NCBI GenBank assembly: GCA_048213135.1
Contig: PS015083.1
Span: 1-64,000, forward strand
Source of the DNA: Reclinomonas americana ATCC 50394
Taxonomy: Eukaryota
Direction of reading: 5' to 3'
Length of the DNA: 64,000 nucleotides
Under the pieces are notes generated by a model. That model saw only the letters and a list, made by a program, of their open reading frames with translations. It was not told the origin of the DNA and ran no database searches. The position numbers and the translations under genes were made by a program. This document shows positions 1-13,984 of this stretch, piece by piece; the first letter of the stretch is position 1; each line of letters starts with the position of its first letter.

Positions 1-45
1 CCAACCACTTTACAAACACGAGGACACACACAGGACCGCACCAAC

Positions 46-1566
46 ATGAAGCGAAGACGAGAGCAGGCAGAGGAGGAGGAAGAAGAGGAGGACGACGAGT
101 ACGAGGCAGAGGAGGAGGACGAGGAGGAGGACGACGACAGCACAGCAAGTGAAGAGGAGGAGGAGGAGGAGGAGGAGGAAGAGGAGCCCGCGCGCAAACG
201 CAGCAAGACACGAGTGGTGTTGCGGACCTCTGCGCCCGCCAAGACAACCACACAGGCAAAGACAACAGCAGCAGCAGCGACAGCAGCAAAGAAGAAGAAG
301 AGCAGCAAGGGCGTAGTGCACGTGGTCAGTGCAAGTGCAGTGGGAGGCGGCTATGTCAAGCCNNNNNNNNNNNNNNNNNNNNNNNNNNNNNNNNNNNNNN
401 NNNNNNNNNNNNNNNNNNNNNNNNNNNNNNNNNNNNNNNNNNNNNNNNNNNNNNNNNNNNNNNNNNNCACTTTGATGAGCGAGAGTCTCGCGCAACAGGT
501 GCGCGAGTCGATTGTGCGCGGGCATGTTGACCGCGCGTTGTGTGAGGCCGCAGTGGCCGCAGCGCGCGCCTCTCTGTCGTCACCAGCAGCAGCAGCCGCG
601 TCGACTTTGACTCCACGCGCGTCTGCGAGCTCATTGATGTTGACTCCGCGCGGTGGAAGTGCGGCCAGTGGTGCAGCCTCTGCTGCAGCAGCGACTGTGT
701 CGTCGTTGGTGTTGGCGCCGGGTGCGTCGGCGGCGATGAGTGGGGCGGCGTGGTGGTCGGCATTGGGCGCCGAATTGCAAGTGCGCATGGGTGTGTTGAG
801 TACGCGGCAGCAGCGTGCGGCGCTGTGTGTGTATGCCGATGCGTTGCGCGTGGCGGGGAGAGAGGCGGCNNNNNNNNNNNNNNNNNNNNNNNNNNNNNNN
901 NNNNNNNNNNNNNNNNNNNNNNNNNNNNNNNNNNNNNNNNNNNNNNNNNNNNNNNNNNNNNNNNNNNNNNNNNNNNNNNNNNNNNNNNNAGTACCGTGCT
1001 TGTTGCCGGTGCTGGTGCGCGAGGCAAGCGATCTGTCATTGTCATCACAAGGGGAGATTGATGTCGCCACTGCTGCTGCTGCTGCTGCTCCTGCTGCTGC
1101 TGGCGAGGAGGAAGAGGATGAGCGTGTGCTGTGGAGCCGCACTGACTCGCTGGATGATCTGCTCAGTGCGAGCGGTGATACGACGGCAGCCGCGCATTCG
1201 CCACAACCACGGCACTCGAGTGGAGCGCTGGCAGGTGCGGCGGCTGCGGCGTTGGCGTCGGCTGCGGCGGCTTCGGTGGCGCCTACAGCGGCGGCGGCAG
1301 TGGCGGCGGCCGCAGCTGCTGGGACGGGAGCGGTGTCGCCCGGTGTCGCGACCTTTATCGCCGACGGTGGTGACTCGCTTGGTCGCTCGCACAGCGCTCC
1401 GTCGTCGGCCACCTCGACGTCCACGTCACCGTCGTCGGCGCGCACCAATCAGCCGCCTGTGACACCGCGCGGACAACAGCAGCAACTACAGCAGCAGCAG
1501 CTACAACAACAACAACAACAACAACAACTGCAAACTCCTCGCGCTCGTCGCGACAGCCAAATACAA

Positions 1567-1598
<32 letters not shown>

Positions 1599-4500
1599 CA
1601 CGCCACATCGTCGCAGCGAGCCGGAGATTGGCATGGCCACTGGCGGCCTGACCGTCTCCAAGGTGTTGGCGAGCCTGGCCGTGTGCACGCCCGAGGCGTT
1701 GGCGCAGGTCGTTTCGGCCTACGTGGCGACTCCGACTCCCTGCCTCTTGCACACGCTGTACCGAGTGTCGGTGTCGGCGCCGGAGACCTTTGCCAATGCC
1801 ATTTGTGTCGCGTTGCGCGACTTGACAAGCTCACTGGCCATGGGCGAGGCGTTGCTGCTCATTGCACATCGATTGGTGAGGTGACTTGTCTGCACCTATT
1901 CCGCGCACTCTCTCACTTGCACGCATTTTTGTGCAGGTGCGCCGGTCGCGTGCCGTGTCTGCGTCGACTTCCTCGTCGGAGGGTCACGACCCAACGTCGC
2001 CGAGCATCGTGAAAGTTGCGTATGGGAGAGAGAGAAACACACACGTTGGAAAAAACAGCCGTCTTACTTTTTCTGTCTCTGATCGGCAACAGACACCGCT
2101 GGCCCTCATGTCGTCGACCCCGCTGATGCGAGTGCTGGTGGATACGCTGATGAGTGCGAGTGCCGCCTCGGACTTGCGCCTCACGTCGGTGTTGCTGTGG
2201 AGTCTGATTGTGATCCTGCCGGAGATGTTGGGCTTTGTCAACCTCAAGCCGCTGGTCTCGGAGCTGTTTATGGTGTTTCGCAGTCTCGCCATGCTGTGCT
2301 ACCCGCGACAGTTTGTGCCGCCGCAGACAGAGGAGGAGGAGAGCGGTGCGGCGGACTTGTCGCGACGGGAACTGCGCGTGGTGACCTCGGTGTTTCTTCG
2401 CCTGTTGTATTCGCTGTTTCCGCACCGAGCACTTGAGTTTGTGCGCATGCACTGTTCGGCGGCCGGCGATGGCAGCCAGGCATTCCGGCAGATTATCGAC
2501 GTGCTCGGCGGTGACTTGTTTTCGCCGTCTCGTCTGTTGGAGGATCCCGATGTGGAGGTCACCGCCGCTTACTGGCAGCAGAAGCGTGTCGGCTGCGGCA
2601 GTCTGCGTGAAGGCGACGTGGTGTTTCCGTACGTGATGACGCCCACGCATGCCAAGGTGCGATGCGCTTGCTACGCTATGTGTCTCTCTATTCGGTACAC
2701 ACTCACCGGTGTGTCGGCAGCAATCGCTGGTCGTGTGCGTGCTGCCGGAGAGTTTCTCGCGGTCGAATTTCGGCGGTGCTGGCGCTCTGGAAGTATTCAC
2801 GATTGCGGTGTGTTTCTCGTATTCTCTCTCTCCCTCTATCTCTCCATCGGTTTGCCTGACCTCGTCGATTGCAGGAACCACGCGAGCCCACCGATCCTGT
2901 GCAATTAGACGAACCCGATGCGGCGACTGTGCTGCTGCACGGCGTCGGCGACGAGCATGATGTGGACGACAGTTGCGTTTATGCGACACACCGATGGCGC
3001 CGTTGATGTTCGTGTTGTATAACTGTGGTCGCACACAGTCGAAAATCGCGTGGCACTACGGAGTGAACTTGTCGACGCCCTTCGCGCCGTGCGGACGGCC
3101 GCCACCAACGCCCCATCCGCGGACGCACCGCGACATGCCCGTGCGATTCCGAGCCGCGAGGCTTTCGCTGATTACGCTCACTGGATTGCGGCGTGCCAGC
3201 TGGAGCTGGAGCGGCACCTGCCAGGCATCTCGGGAGTGAGTGATCAACATTGTTGAGTGACTGTCGTTTCGTTGCTCATCGCTCGTGCAGCTACCGATTG
3301 TCGACTCGGTCTACGCACCGTATCTGTCAACAAATGTGGACCCGCTGAGTGCCTCGACCCTGTCTGTGGGCAATCGACGCGGAAGCGCGGGAAGCAGTGC
3401 GCCAGTGGAGGGCGCCAACGAGGCCGCACTGTTGGCGCTGGTGACGCGTCTGCGTCGCGGTCTGTTGCACATTCGCAATGAGCTGCTATACGAGCGGTAC
3501 CTGCGGTCCGAGCTGGTGGCACACGCCTCGTACTTGCAGGAGCGCAACAAGCGGTTGCAGGAGGTGTCTTCACAAGAGCAATCGGCAGTTGCGTGTCGAT
3601 TGGATATCGCTTGTGACTCGCACTGCCACTCTCTCGCTCATTGCACCTTCTCGTTCACAGCGGCTGCACACACAATGGCTCGCGCAGCAAGTGACGCAGC
3701 TGCGCGCGAGTTTGTTGGAGCTGCGCGGCTCGGAGCGTAAGGTGCGCAGGAAGGCCGGCTTGAATGACGCGATGCAGCGGACACAGTTGACTCGCGCCCT
3801 GGCCGACCGCAACACGCTCAATGCGCGGCTGCACCGCACACTGGACGAGCTGACTGGCACGCAGCGGGAACTCACCGAGTTGCGAGTCGAGTACAGCAAG
3901 ACACGTCAGCGCGCAGAGGTCTCGGCGTTGGAGTTGCGAGCGGCCGAGAATCGCGCGTCGCTGTTCGAGAAGCGATGTGCTGGCCTCGAGGCCGAGCTGG
4001 CACAATGGTGTGTCAGTGCGCTTCTTTATTGCGAAAGTTCTAGCCTAACTGACGACGGTGTGCACAGGCGCGAGCGCGCTGTCGAGTACGAAAAGCTGGC
4101 GGCGGAGGAGCGGGCTCGCCGACGTGCGGACGAAATGCTTCACATGCACTACTCGTCTCCGGCACGCGTCGGTGGTGGTGGCGGTGGCGGTGGTGGCGGT
4201 CGAGCTGCATTGCCGCCGGTGCCTCGTGTCGGCGCCCCCATCTCCTTCCCGAGTGACGTGCCGATTTCCGAAGCCGTGCGCAGCGCCATTGATGACTCGG
4301 CGGCGGAGATTCCACCACCGCCGGCCACCATTCTCAGCTCGCAAGACTTGAGCGCGGTTGTGCGGTTCGTGTATGCTGCTTGCATGTGAGAGTGGAGGGT
4401 ACTCTGAGCACCTCTGACCTCTCGTGATTCGCTGCGCAGAACGCTGGAGCTGCGTGTGTCTCGCCGCAATGCTGCCATTCAGGAGCTGGTGCGTGAACAG

Positions 4501-5985
4501 AGTCGACTGCACGAGTCGATCAAGGAGCTCCGCCACACGCTCGACTACCAGCGGCGTCTGACCGACTCCAAAGTGCGCATGGTGCAAGACAAGTACGACA
4601 CGGTCAAGAACATCAATCAGATGCTGGCGGTGAGTGCTCTTCCGGAGAGGTTGCTGTTGGGTGTTTTTTCCTCACTTCGTGTGTTGTGGTGTGCACAGCG
4701 CAAGGTCCTTCGATTGTCGGCCGATCTCGACAAGCAACGGAGCGAGCCGTCGTCGGGAGAGCGAATCACCGGCAAGTCGTCGCGGACGGTCAGCCCCGTC
4801 TTCTTCCAGTCAACACCACGTACGTACTACCTCTCCCAGATTTCCTTCCTTCCCTTCCCTTCCTTTTGCTCACACACAATCTGTGCAGCGATGGACAGGG
4901 GCGTGTCCATGTCGTCGTCGATTGACGACAGCACGTCGATCTTCTTGATTCATGGTCCACCGGAGGGCGGCGACACTGAGCAGTCAGTAGCGCCGCCGGC
5001 TCATCCTGCTCCCACCGCTGCCGCTGCCTCCTCGACCAACACACCTGTCGGAAGCAGCGTGACGCGTGTGGCCTCGGCGGATCGCTCGTCGTCGTCGCCG
5101 GTGCTGCGAAGCCAGCGGGCAGGGACGCGCGCGGCCGGTATCGTTCAGGATGGTCTGCCCATGCCTATGCGCACTTCGTCGATGAGTCGAGACAGCCCCG
5201 ACTCGTCGGGCACCGGCAGCCCTGTCGGCGTCGGCGTCACCAGCCCGCTGTCTGACTCCGGCCCCGGCATTGGCTCCTTCTCCTTCCGCTCTGTGTTCCT
5301 GCCGCCCGGTGGTCACCGATCGAGTCACAGCACAGGCGCCGCTGGCGACTCACCGCACGATCTTCCCTCGCCCGACGATGGCGGCAGTGGCGGCACAGGA
5401 AACACGGGAAGTGCGACAGGCTCCGGCGGCGGTGGCAAGGCTGCGGCGCCGCGCATGTTGCGGTCGCGAGTCATGGCGGAGAACCTGCGCCATCGCTCCT
5501 CGGTCGACGACCTGCTGGCCATGGCAGACGAAGAGAGCACGGCGGGAGCAGCGCTGGGCACGAGTCCACTGTTCGACGCACCCTCGGGACCACTTCCACC
5601 GCCACGCAGCCGTGCCAGCCTCGGACACGCGATGGAAGCCGCGCAGCCGGGTGCTGGTCAGCGTGATCGCGACGGACCGGCGGCTGCCCGCGCCGGTGAA
5701 GGCAAGGCAGCGTCGGTAGCGCACACCGCCACCGTGGGCCCTCCGTCCTCGGCGGCACCGACGGCCACTTCGGCTGGGCGTGGAACGGCGCACCATCCGC
5801 TGTCGTCGCTGGTCGAACGAGTGCCGCCGCACTCGCTGAGTGGAGCCAGTGGATCGGGATCGGGTTCCGGCTCCGGTTCTGTGCGCAGCTCGTCCGGCAG
5901 CGACGTCGTCAACATGGGCGATCAGCCGCTGGCGCCTGATCCGTCTGCCGCACGCAGGGTGCAGGCGATGCGCAGAAATGAATGA
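46..5985 (+). CDS. TSC1: Hamartin / TSC1-like protein (multi-exon; 5' end uncertain because of N gaps)
   Basis: Spliced exons give LLWSLIVILPEM...LFMVFRSLAM...FLRLLYSLFPHRALEFVR (hamartin N-domain-like) and LLHIRNELLYERYLR...RNKRL, followed by a long coiled coil and an S/G-rich tail. Stop TGA ends at 5985. The acidic segment 46-362 lies beyond a gap and may belong to another gene. Confidence 0.8.
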
Positions 5986-6096
5986 ATTGAATGCATGGGG
6001 TTTCCGTGTAATTCGTTTCGTTTATATGTGAATCCTGTTTTTTATCTTTTTCTGCAGATCGCAATCCTCTGCTTCGCCACCTGCAACAGCACCGGC

Positions 6097-8625
6097 TCAA
6101 TAGTGCTTGACGTTGAGATCGGGTCTCCACTTGACGGGGTGCGATTCGGGTGTCTGCATGGTCAACTCATATGTCAGCATTCCACGGCAATACCGCTCAG
6201 AACGCAAAAATGACACGCACCGCTGTGTCATCCTCGCGCCACATCTTGATTGTCTTGTCGGCCTCGCAGGTGATGAGGCGTGTTCCGGTCTGATCAAACA
6301 CCGCGTCCAGCACGCATGCCTCGCTCTCCAAGCTGGAGGTGCGCATGGGTGAGTTCCACAGTACCCGCCACGACGACGACACGGAGATGCGATGGGAGAC
6401 AAACCTGCCAGGCTGCACCTTGACCGTGTCCTTCTGGAAGTTGTAGCCCGACTTGTAGTCCCAAAAGTACATCGAGCCATTGTCGCCGCCAGAAAACATC
6501 ACGCCGTCCTGATTCACAGCAATGGTGTGCAAAATGGCGTTGTGGCCAGTGATGTTGTGCATGAAGTCGCCATCCGGGCACTTCCACTTCTTGATGTTGT
6601 CGGCGCTGCCGCTCACAAAAGTGTACCTGCACCAACACAACACAAATAAATGCATCAGCAATGGACACGATCGCGCGCGTAGGGAGACGGGCGAGACGAA
6701 ACTCGCGGGGATGAATGGCCAGGCCACGCACGCCCTTCTTGTGATTGGTGAGCACCGTCCGGCACTTGCCCGACGCCAGATCCCACAACCGCACCGTGGT
6801 GTCGGCCGACGACGTGATGACCTGCGCGGCAAGGGGGGAAACGAGTGAGGTCTCTTTTTCAACAGCACACAGAGGGAACGACGTGAGCGGTGAACACACC
6901 TGCGGTTCTGCCGACTGACTGGCGACCTTGTAGACCGTGTTGTTGTGGCCGCCAAGCGCAAAGATCTGTGCCTTGGTGCGCACATCCCACACACGCGCCA
7001 CCGAGTCACGACCGCCAGTGATGAGCAAGTCGAGTGTGGGGTGCAGCGTCAACGTGTACACGCCCGACAAGTGACCGTGATAGCTGCGCACGACCTGTGC
7101 ACGCACATGTCATGCATAATGGAGGAGGAGGACGAGGAGGAGAGACCTCGACGGCGAGTACGCACCTTGTTCTGCTCCAAATCCCAGCAGCGCACCGTCT
7201 TGTCCTCCGAGCACGAAAAGAGGTACGGGTGACGACTGGAGACGGCGAGACCACGCACGGCGGCAATGTGACCCGTCAGCGTCAACTTGAGTGTGCCCGA
7301 GGCGAGATCCCAGATCTTGATGGTGCGATCCTTGGAGCCGGTGACAAACCACTCGTTGCTGACATCCACCGCCGCACAGTGCACGTGACCGAGATGACCA
7401 GAGATCACACGCATCAGCTTCCACGGCGCATGCCACGCCGGCTTCTCCGTCAGATTCTTTGGTCGCTTCAACGATAGCGCCTGGATCGGCTGGTACGCTT
7501 GCACGGCTCTGCGACAACGAGGGAGGGATGAGGAGGTACATGGAAGACGACGAGGTGAGTGAGTGAGTATGCGCAACCTTGACGTCTCGGGCTCCAGGCT
7601 CTCGATCTTGCGCGCCATGGACGACTGCGCGCCAGTCGGTCGCGATGGGCCTGCGGGTGCGGGGGGTGAGAAGGAAGGAGGGGAGGAGGAGAAGGGCGAA
7701 GGAGAAGTGAGGCACACTCACCCGCAGCAGCACTCTTCTCCGACGCCTCCTCCCCATCGTCGCCATCCGCAGCAGCTGGGCCAGCCGTGATGGCCAGCGG
7801 TCGAGGTGCGGCACCGGGGAACGGACGACGCGGCACTTGCTCGTCTTTCACTGCCGCGTACTCGCCAAGCATCTTGACCTTGAGATGAAGTGTTTGGCTG
7901 CGACGAGGAAGGGAGGGAAAGGAGGGAGGGAGAGAGAGGGAGAGAGGGCGGGAGAAGGGGAGAGTGAACGTGTGAGAATGCGAGTGTATGAGAGAGGGAG
8001 AGTGGGTGTAAGAAGAGAACAAGGGCGACATGTCCATGAGTGACCTCCAATCATCGAGACAACACAAAATGCACGCACTGCGTCACAACGTGCCTACGTG
8101 TGTGCACACATACACACGCGCGCCTCACACAAAGAACGAAAGAGAACGAAAGAGACAAGAACACGCATTTCTATCTTTGCCTCTCAGTCTTTTCTGCACA
8201 CACACACACACTTCGCCTCATGCTCCACACAACCTCTCTCACACACACACACGAGTAAGAGAGAGAAGGCAGACGCACATACACACAGAGACAGACAGAG
8301 ACACAATGCACACAAAACATGCATTCTCAGTCTCTCTCACACATACACACACACACACACACAAGAGAGAGACAAGAAGAGTGGCAAGTGCATTGTGCCT
8401 CTCTCTCCCCGTTGTGTGTACGTGTGTGTATGTGCGAGTGAGTGTGCATTGTGTGTGTGTGTCTCTCTCCTCTCTCTCTCACCTCGCCTCATGCTCTGTC
8501 AACCTCGCCGCATGATCATACACAAACAAGTCGCGCGATCGCTTGAGACTGTTGCTCACACGCGCAGCAACTTGCTCTCGCTGCTCAGCACTCCATTCCT
8601 CAGCAGAGGAAGAGGACCCGTTCAT
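6097..8625 (-). CDS. PLRG1: Pleiotropic regulator 1 / Prp46, WD40 spliceosome NTC protein
   Basis: [68 protein letters not shown]. All introns are GT-AG and keep frame. ATG at 8625, TGA at 6097. Confidence 0.95.
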
Positions 8626-8700
8626 GTCACACACACACAAAGAGAGAGACAGAGAGAGAGTGACGTGCAATTGTCTTGTTCTTGTTGATCTTGCACTTTG

Positions 8701-9186
8701 ATGGCGTTGAGAGCGAATAAGCGTCTTCGGCAGCTCATTGGTGTGTGTGTGTGAGAGTGTGTGTGAGAGAGAGAGAGAGAGTGCATGTCTCTTGAGCTCT
8801 CCATCTGTGAGTCTCTTCTCTCTCTTCCCTCTCTCGCACTCTCTCTCTCTCTCTCCCCTCTCTCTCTCGCCCTCTGTTTCTCTCTCTCCCTCACTCTGTC
8901 TCCCTCTCTCTCCCTCTGTGTCTTCTCAACAGTTGCCCTTGCACTTCATCACGTAGTTTCCCTGACATTCGCTCACTGCGTCTCCTGTTCATCCTCCTTC
9001 GCTGTCTCTTCTCTTCTCTCTCGCACTCTCTCTCTCTCTATCTCGCCCTCTCTCTCTCTTCTCCCTCTTACACACACCCTCTCCCCCCTCTCTCTCCCTT
9101 CTTTCTGTCTCTCTTCACCTCACTCTCCTTCCTCCCTCAATGTCAGTTGTTCCTCCCTTCATGACTCTCCTATTCCTCTCTCTCCG

Positions 9187-9219
<33 letters not shown>

Positions 9220-9685
9220 CTTCTCACTCACTTGCCTTTNNNNNNNNNNNNNNNNNNNNNNNNNNNNNNNNNNNNNNNNNNNNNNNNNNNNNNNNNNNNN
9301 NNNNNNNNNNNNNNNNNNNNNNNNNNNNNNNNNNNNNNNNNNNNNNNNNNNNNNNNNNNNNNNNNNNNNNNNNNNNNNNNNNNNNNNNNNNNNNNNNNNN
9401 NNNNNNNNNNNNNNNNNNNNNNNNNNNNNNNNNNNNNNNNNNNNNNNNNNNNNNNNNNNNNNNNNNNNNNNNNNNNNNNNNNNNNNNNNNNNNNNNNNNN
9501 NNNNNNNNNNNNNNNNNNNNNNNNNNNNNNNNNNNNNNNNNNNNNNNNNNNNNNNNNNNNNNNNNNNNNNNNNNNNNNNNNNNNNNNNNNNNNNNNNNNN
9601 NNNNNNNNNNNNNNNNNNNNNNNNNNNNNNNNNNNNNNNNNNNNNNNNNNNNNNNNNNNNNNNNNNNNNNNNNNNNNNNNNNNNN

Positions 9686-9777
<92 letters not shown>

Positions 9778-12700
9778 TGAGCTGATGACCGTGAAGAGAA
9801 GACGAGAGAATGAACAAGTAAGAAGCGCAAGGGCAGTGAGTGAGAAGACGCACAGAGAAAGATACAAGGAGAGCGTGAGCTGATGGGCGAGAGGAGAAGC
9901 GAGAGGCTGCGTTGATCCCTCTCAACATCCCTCATGCTTTGCGTCGCTCACTTAGATCAGTACTCTCACTCTGTCCCCCTTCGCTCTCCCCTTTCTCTCT
10001 CCCTCCCCCTTTCTCCCTCTCCCTTCTTCACTCTCCCTCCCTGTCTCCCTTTCACTCTCCCTCTCTCCCCCTCTTTCCTCACTCCCCCTTCTCTCCCTCT
10101 CCTCCCTCCACGTGCTTGCGTCCTCACTCTTTGCGCATGCCACCACAGTCGCTGCTCACACATGTGAGAGTGATGAACCTCAGTCACAACATGCTGAGTG
10201 TGATCCCGTCCGAGTTCCAGAACCTGCGACACTTGTTGCGTGTGCACGACACAGCGTGCGCTGCACAACAAGTGTCTGACCTCACTCTTTTATTGTGACA
10301 CAGGCACACTCTCAACTTGTCGCAGAACTATCTGCATGAGTTCCCCTATCCTGTGTGCTACCTGCCGACGCTGTTTGTGCTCGACTTGTCGCACAATGGA
10401 CTGCAATTCATCGCGCGTGAGGTGTGTGTGTGTGTGTGTGTGCGTCAGGATTGCATGCCATCGATTGCGTTCCTCAAGCTTGGCGTGATGAATAGATTGA
10501 CAACTTGACACGACTCACGACGCTGATCCTGGAGGAGAACGAGATCCGCGAGGTGCCGGAGACCATTGGCCGACTCGATCTGTTGGTGACGCTGAATCTG
10601 CGACACAATCGGCTGGAGACGCTGCCGGGTGAGTTGTCGCGCCTGCATGCGCTCAAGTCGCTGGATGTGCGTGAGAATCCACTGCATTCGCCCCTGGACG
10701 AGATTCAGGAGGGCGGAGTGCCGGCCGTGTTCGAGTACCTCAAGCTGTCCAATCGAGGTCAGCAGTCTTTGTTTGTCGAGGGTCTCTGACGTGCACTCAT
10801 GCTGGGAGGGGCGAGTGCAGACAAAAAGGACAAGCCACTCGGACAGATGGGTGTGGCGCCCGTCAAGGACTCCGAGTTTGTGGCACTGCAGCGACAGTTG
10901 GCCTCGCAGCACTACCCTGGCGACCGCATCAAGACGTTGGAGACGGCGGTGGTGAATCGCTTTTTCACGTGCGCTCAAGTTCGCCAGTTGATTGGCATGC
11001 TGCAGGTGCGCTCACTTGTCGTGCACCGAGGGAGTGTGTCACATGTACTCATCTCCCGGTGGCGAGCAGTACAGCGAGCATCAGTCGCAGTTCGTCATTG
11101 ATGTGTTCAAGTCCGTGGTGGATCCGCAAAAGTTCTACACTGTGCTGGAAGATATGAGAGTGCGTCAGTTGCGCCCCGCTGCCTGTGTTTGATTTCGCAC
11201 GCCTCACGCGTCGCCGCGGCAGTACACACGCGACCGGCATCGCGCGCGAGAGGCACTGCGCGAGCAGGATTCGGCCTCCAACGTGGTGTTCAACCCGAAA
11301 CTGTTGCGCTTCTCCATTTGTTCTCTTTTTCTCTCTGTTTTTCTCTCATCACCGTACTCGACAGTCCGGCCGGCTTCTACCGACTGGACATGTCGGTGAG
11401 GGCGGAGCGGCAGATTGCCGATTTCCTGCGCCGTCTGGAGATGACGCAAATCAAGGAGAACATTGTGTATGCTCGGCTCGACGGCGTTGATTTTTCACTG
11501 TTCACCACCGACGATATTGTGTTTCGTGACGGCTCCTCCGACTTTCACGCCGAAATCAGTTTCGTTGGGAGCGAGTGCTGTGTTCACATCACAGTAGGGT
11601 GTGATGATTCACCGTGTTCTCTCCTCCGCTTGCCAGTTTGCACGCCCGAGATTGCTGAATACGGCTCCATGTTCACCGTCAAGTGGAACTTTCCGTCGGA
11701 GATTCTGCGCATGGAGTCGCTTGATTACTGGTGCGTTGCCTCTCTCTCTTTTCTGGTTGCTCATCATCTTCATAACACGCGATGCAACAGGCGATACCCG
11801 GCCGGAGGCTCGGTGGATCCACACGATCTGAGAGACAAGTTCTGGGTCGGTCTCTTTCGGCCACACCACGGTCATCGCACACCGCCGGTCGGCAAGTCGT
11901 GGGAAGAGGTGGATCATTTCTTCCCCACCTACCGCATCATGGTGTCGGAGCACAAGGGCAGCGCGGTGCTGGTGCCCATTTACAACAACAGAGAGCCGGC
12001 GAGGTGGGTGTGGACCTCGCTCGAAGCATAGCGCAACGATTTATTTGCCTCACATGCTATCCGCAGTGGCCAGGGCGTGTTCGAGGCGCGCATCATTCGA
12101 GAGGCACCAATGTCGGGCGACATGCGGTGTCTGGCCACCTCCAACACCGTGTTTGTCGGTCCCTACGGTGCACCCGTCACCACCGAGTTGCCAGAGACGG
12201 GCATTCTCGAGATTCTCTACCTCGATTTTGACTCGGAGCTGGTGGAGATGACCGAGGACGAGTTTGCGTTGCTTAAGGTGCACCCGACATGCATTCCATC
12301 TCGCTTGCTTGCTTAGCTGACAAGAAAGCGTGCAGCGTGACATTTTTGCGGATCCCTTCATGAGCGGCAAGCTGTACACGATTCGCAGTGCCATGTCCAC
12401 CGGCTACTTTACGTGTCGGCAGGCGGCCGAGATCGTGTCGATTCTGGAGCACACGTATGTGGCCAATCGTGACGACTTTGAGAACCATTTGGTGTGGACT
12501 GTAGTTGCGTTGGTGGTGGCGAGGGGGAAGGGAAAGGGAGGGAGGGAGGGAGAGAGAGTGAGAAACAGAGGGACATTCAAAGCTTCTCGCATCTTCGCTT
12601 TGCCATTCTCTTGCACTTTCGTGAACTGATTCGTGCATCATCAGGCATGCATGTACACGCGGTTGACGGACTCGGAGGACTTCTCCATTGTGCTTTATTC

Positions 12701-13341
12701 GGTGGGCAACGCGTCTCTGCGTCAGCGGATCTTGACCATTGTGCAAGCCGAGGTTGCTATTGGCGGGAGCGATCGGTGAGTGAAGGGAAGAAGGGAGAGA
12801 GAGAGAGTGAGTGAGAGAAACTTGTTGCACCCCGTGATCTGAACTGTTCCGTGTGCCCAGAGTGCTGGAGGAGGCCGAGTTCGGGCGTCTAATTGCAGAT
12901 GTCGAATTCGAGGTGACAGCCGACCGCAAAGCCTCAGTGGCCGCCGCTCGCACCTCGGACTGCCTGCTGACCAGCGCCATGGTGAAGCGATTGATTGCCA
13001 CTGTGCGAAATCAAGACGTCAAGGTGTGTGTGTGAGAGAGAGAGATAGAGAGTACGTGTATCTTTCTTGGATATTCACCGAGCGTGCAGATCGCCATGAT
13101 TGAGTCGCTGTCGGAGCGCATCACCGACCTGGACAACGCGCGAATGTTTATTGAGGATTTGGACGAGGCCGAGGATCGTGCCGACATGTACGAGCTGGTG
13201 GAGGAGGTGATACATGGAAAGAAGGCGGCGATCGAGGCGTCCGCCGCAGCTGCTGCAGCAGCGGCCGCCGCCGCCGTGCGGGCAACTGCCGTGCCACTGG
13301 TGGCCGCTGTGCCCGCTGGTGTCATTGCACGTCCCAGGTGA
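8701..13341 (+). CDS. Leucine-rich repeat protein with DUF4476-like repeats
   Basis: LRRs (LNLSQNYLHEFP, LDLSHNGL, LILEENEIREVPETIG, LNLRHNRLETLP), then repeated 'FTCAQVRQLI / FTCRQAAEIV / LTSAMVKRLI' units and FNPKLPAGFYRLDMS. The start at 8701 (MALRANKRLRQLI|GT) is inferred, and a gap lies inside the gene. Confidence 0.7.
8760..9775. repeat. (CT)n/(GA)n microsatellite-rich intron around an N gap
   Basis: Long CT and GA dinucleotide runs on either side of the gap at 9240-9685. Similar tracts occur at 28567-28605, 40120-40480 and 59010-59110. Confidence 0.9.
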
Positions 13342-13984
13342 TGCCGGGGGGAGACGACGGAGGCCACATCGACAGGGCCGTCGCATTGAGATGGCCAGGC
13401 CATCCACGAGAGGTGCCAGGCTGCCGACAGGCAAGCGGTGATGACGTGACGACGTGCTGCATCATCGACGCAGCAGGATCGTGTCTGAGAGTGAGTAAAG
13501 GTACTTGCACACGGTCAGCCGCGTCTCAGTACGTGTCAACACGGCATCTCCTGCGTTCTTCCCCTTGTCAGTCTTGCGCCTCAGGTAACGCAACACCCCT
13601 CATCTCTCGCAGTTCAGCCGATATGTTTCCGAGATCGATGGGCAGTGTGTGCTCTCGCTGCTGCCGACGTTTCCTGACAAACGACATGCATGTGATGTAT
13701 CGATATCAGCGTGCATGCAGTGCTCGGCCATGGATTGATATGACGGCATCATTACAATGGCAAGTACAACACACGCGCTCACCTTCTTCCCCGCCTCTCT
13801 TGCCCACAATGATCGCCAACAGACGGGAGTTGGCTCATGCTCTTACGCATTTACAGTGCCATTTCGCTGCCTGGCGAACATGCACGCCTGGCGAGCTCGC
13901 GCTGCTCGCGCCAGATATCCGGAGGGGAGTGCTCTTCGCCACAAATTCTTCTTTTTCTCTCTCCGTGCGCACAGACAAACAGAT

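Noticed and set aside
1913-3034. Long antisense ORFs overlapping real genes (also 19661-20389, 43280-44035, 60750-61451)
   Set aside because: Expected shadow ORFs of GC-rich coding sequence, with no motifs or independent splice structure.
7837-9935. Long ORFs made of ER/LS/HT/CV dipeptide runs and ORFs spanning N gaps
   Set aside because: They are translations of microsatellites and gaps inside introns, not proteins.
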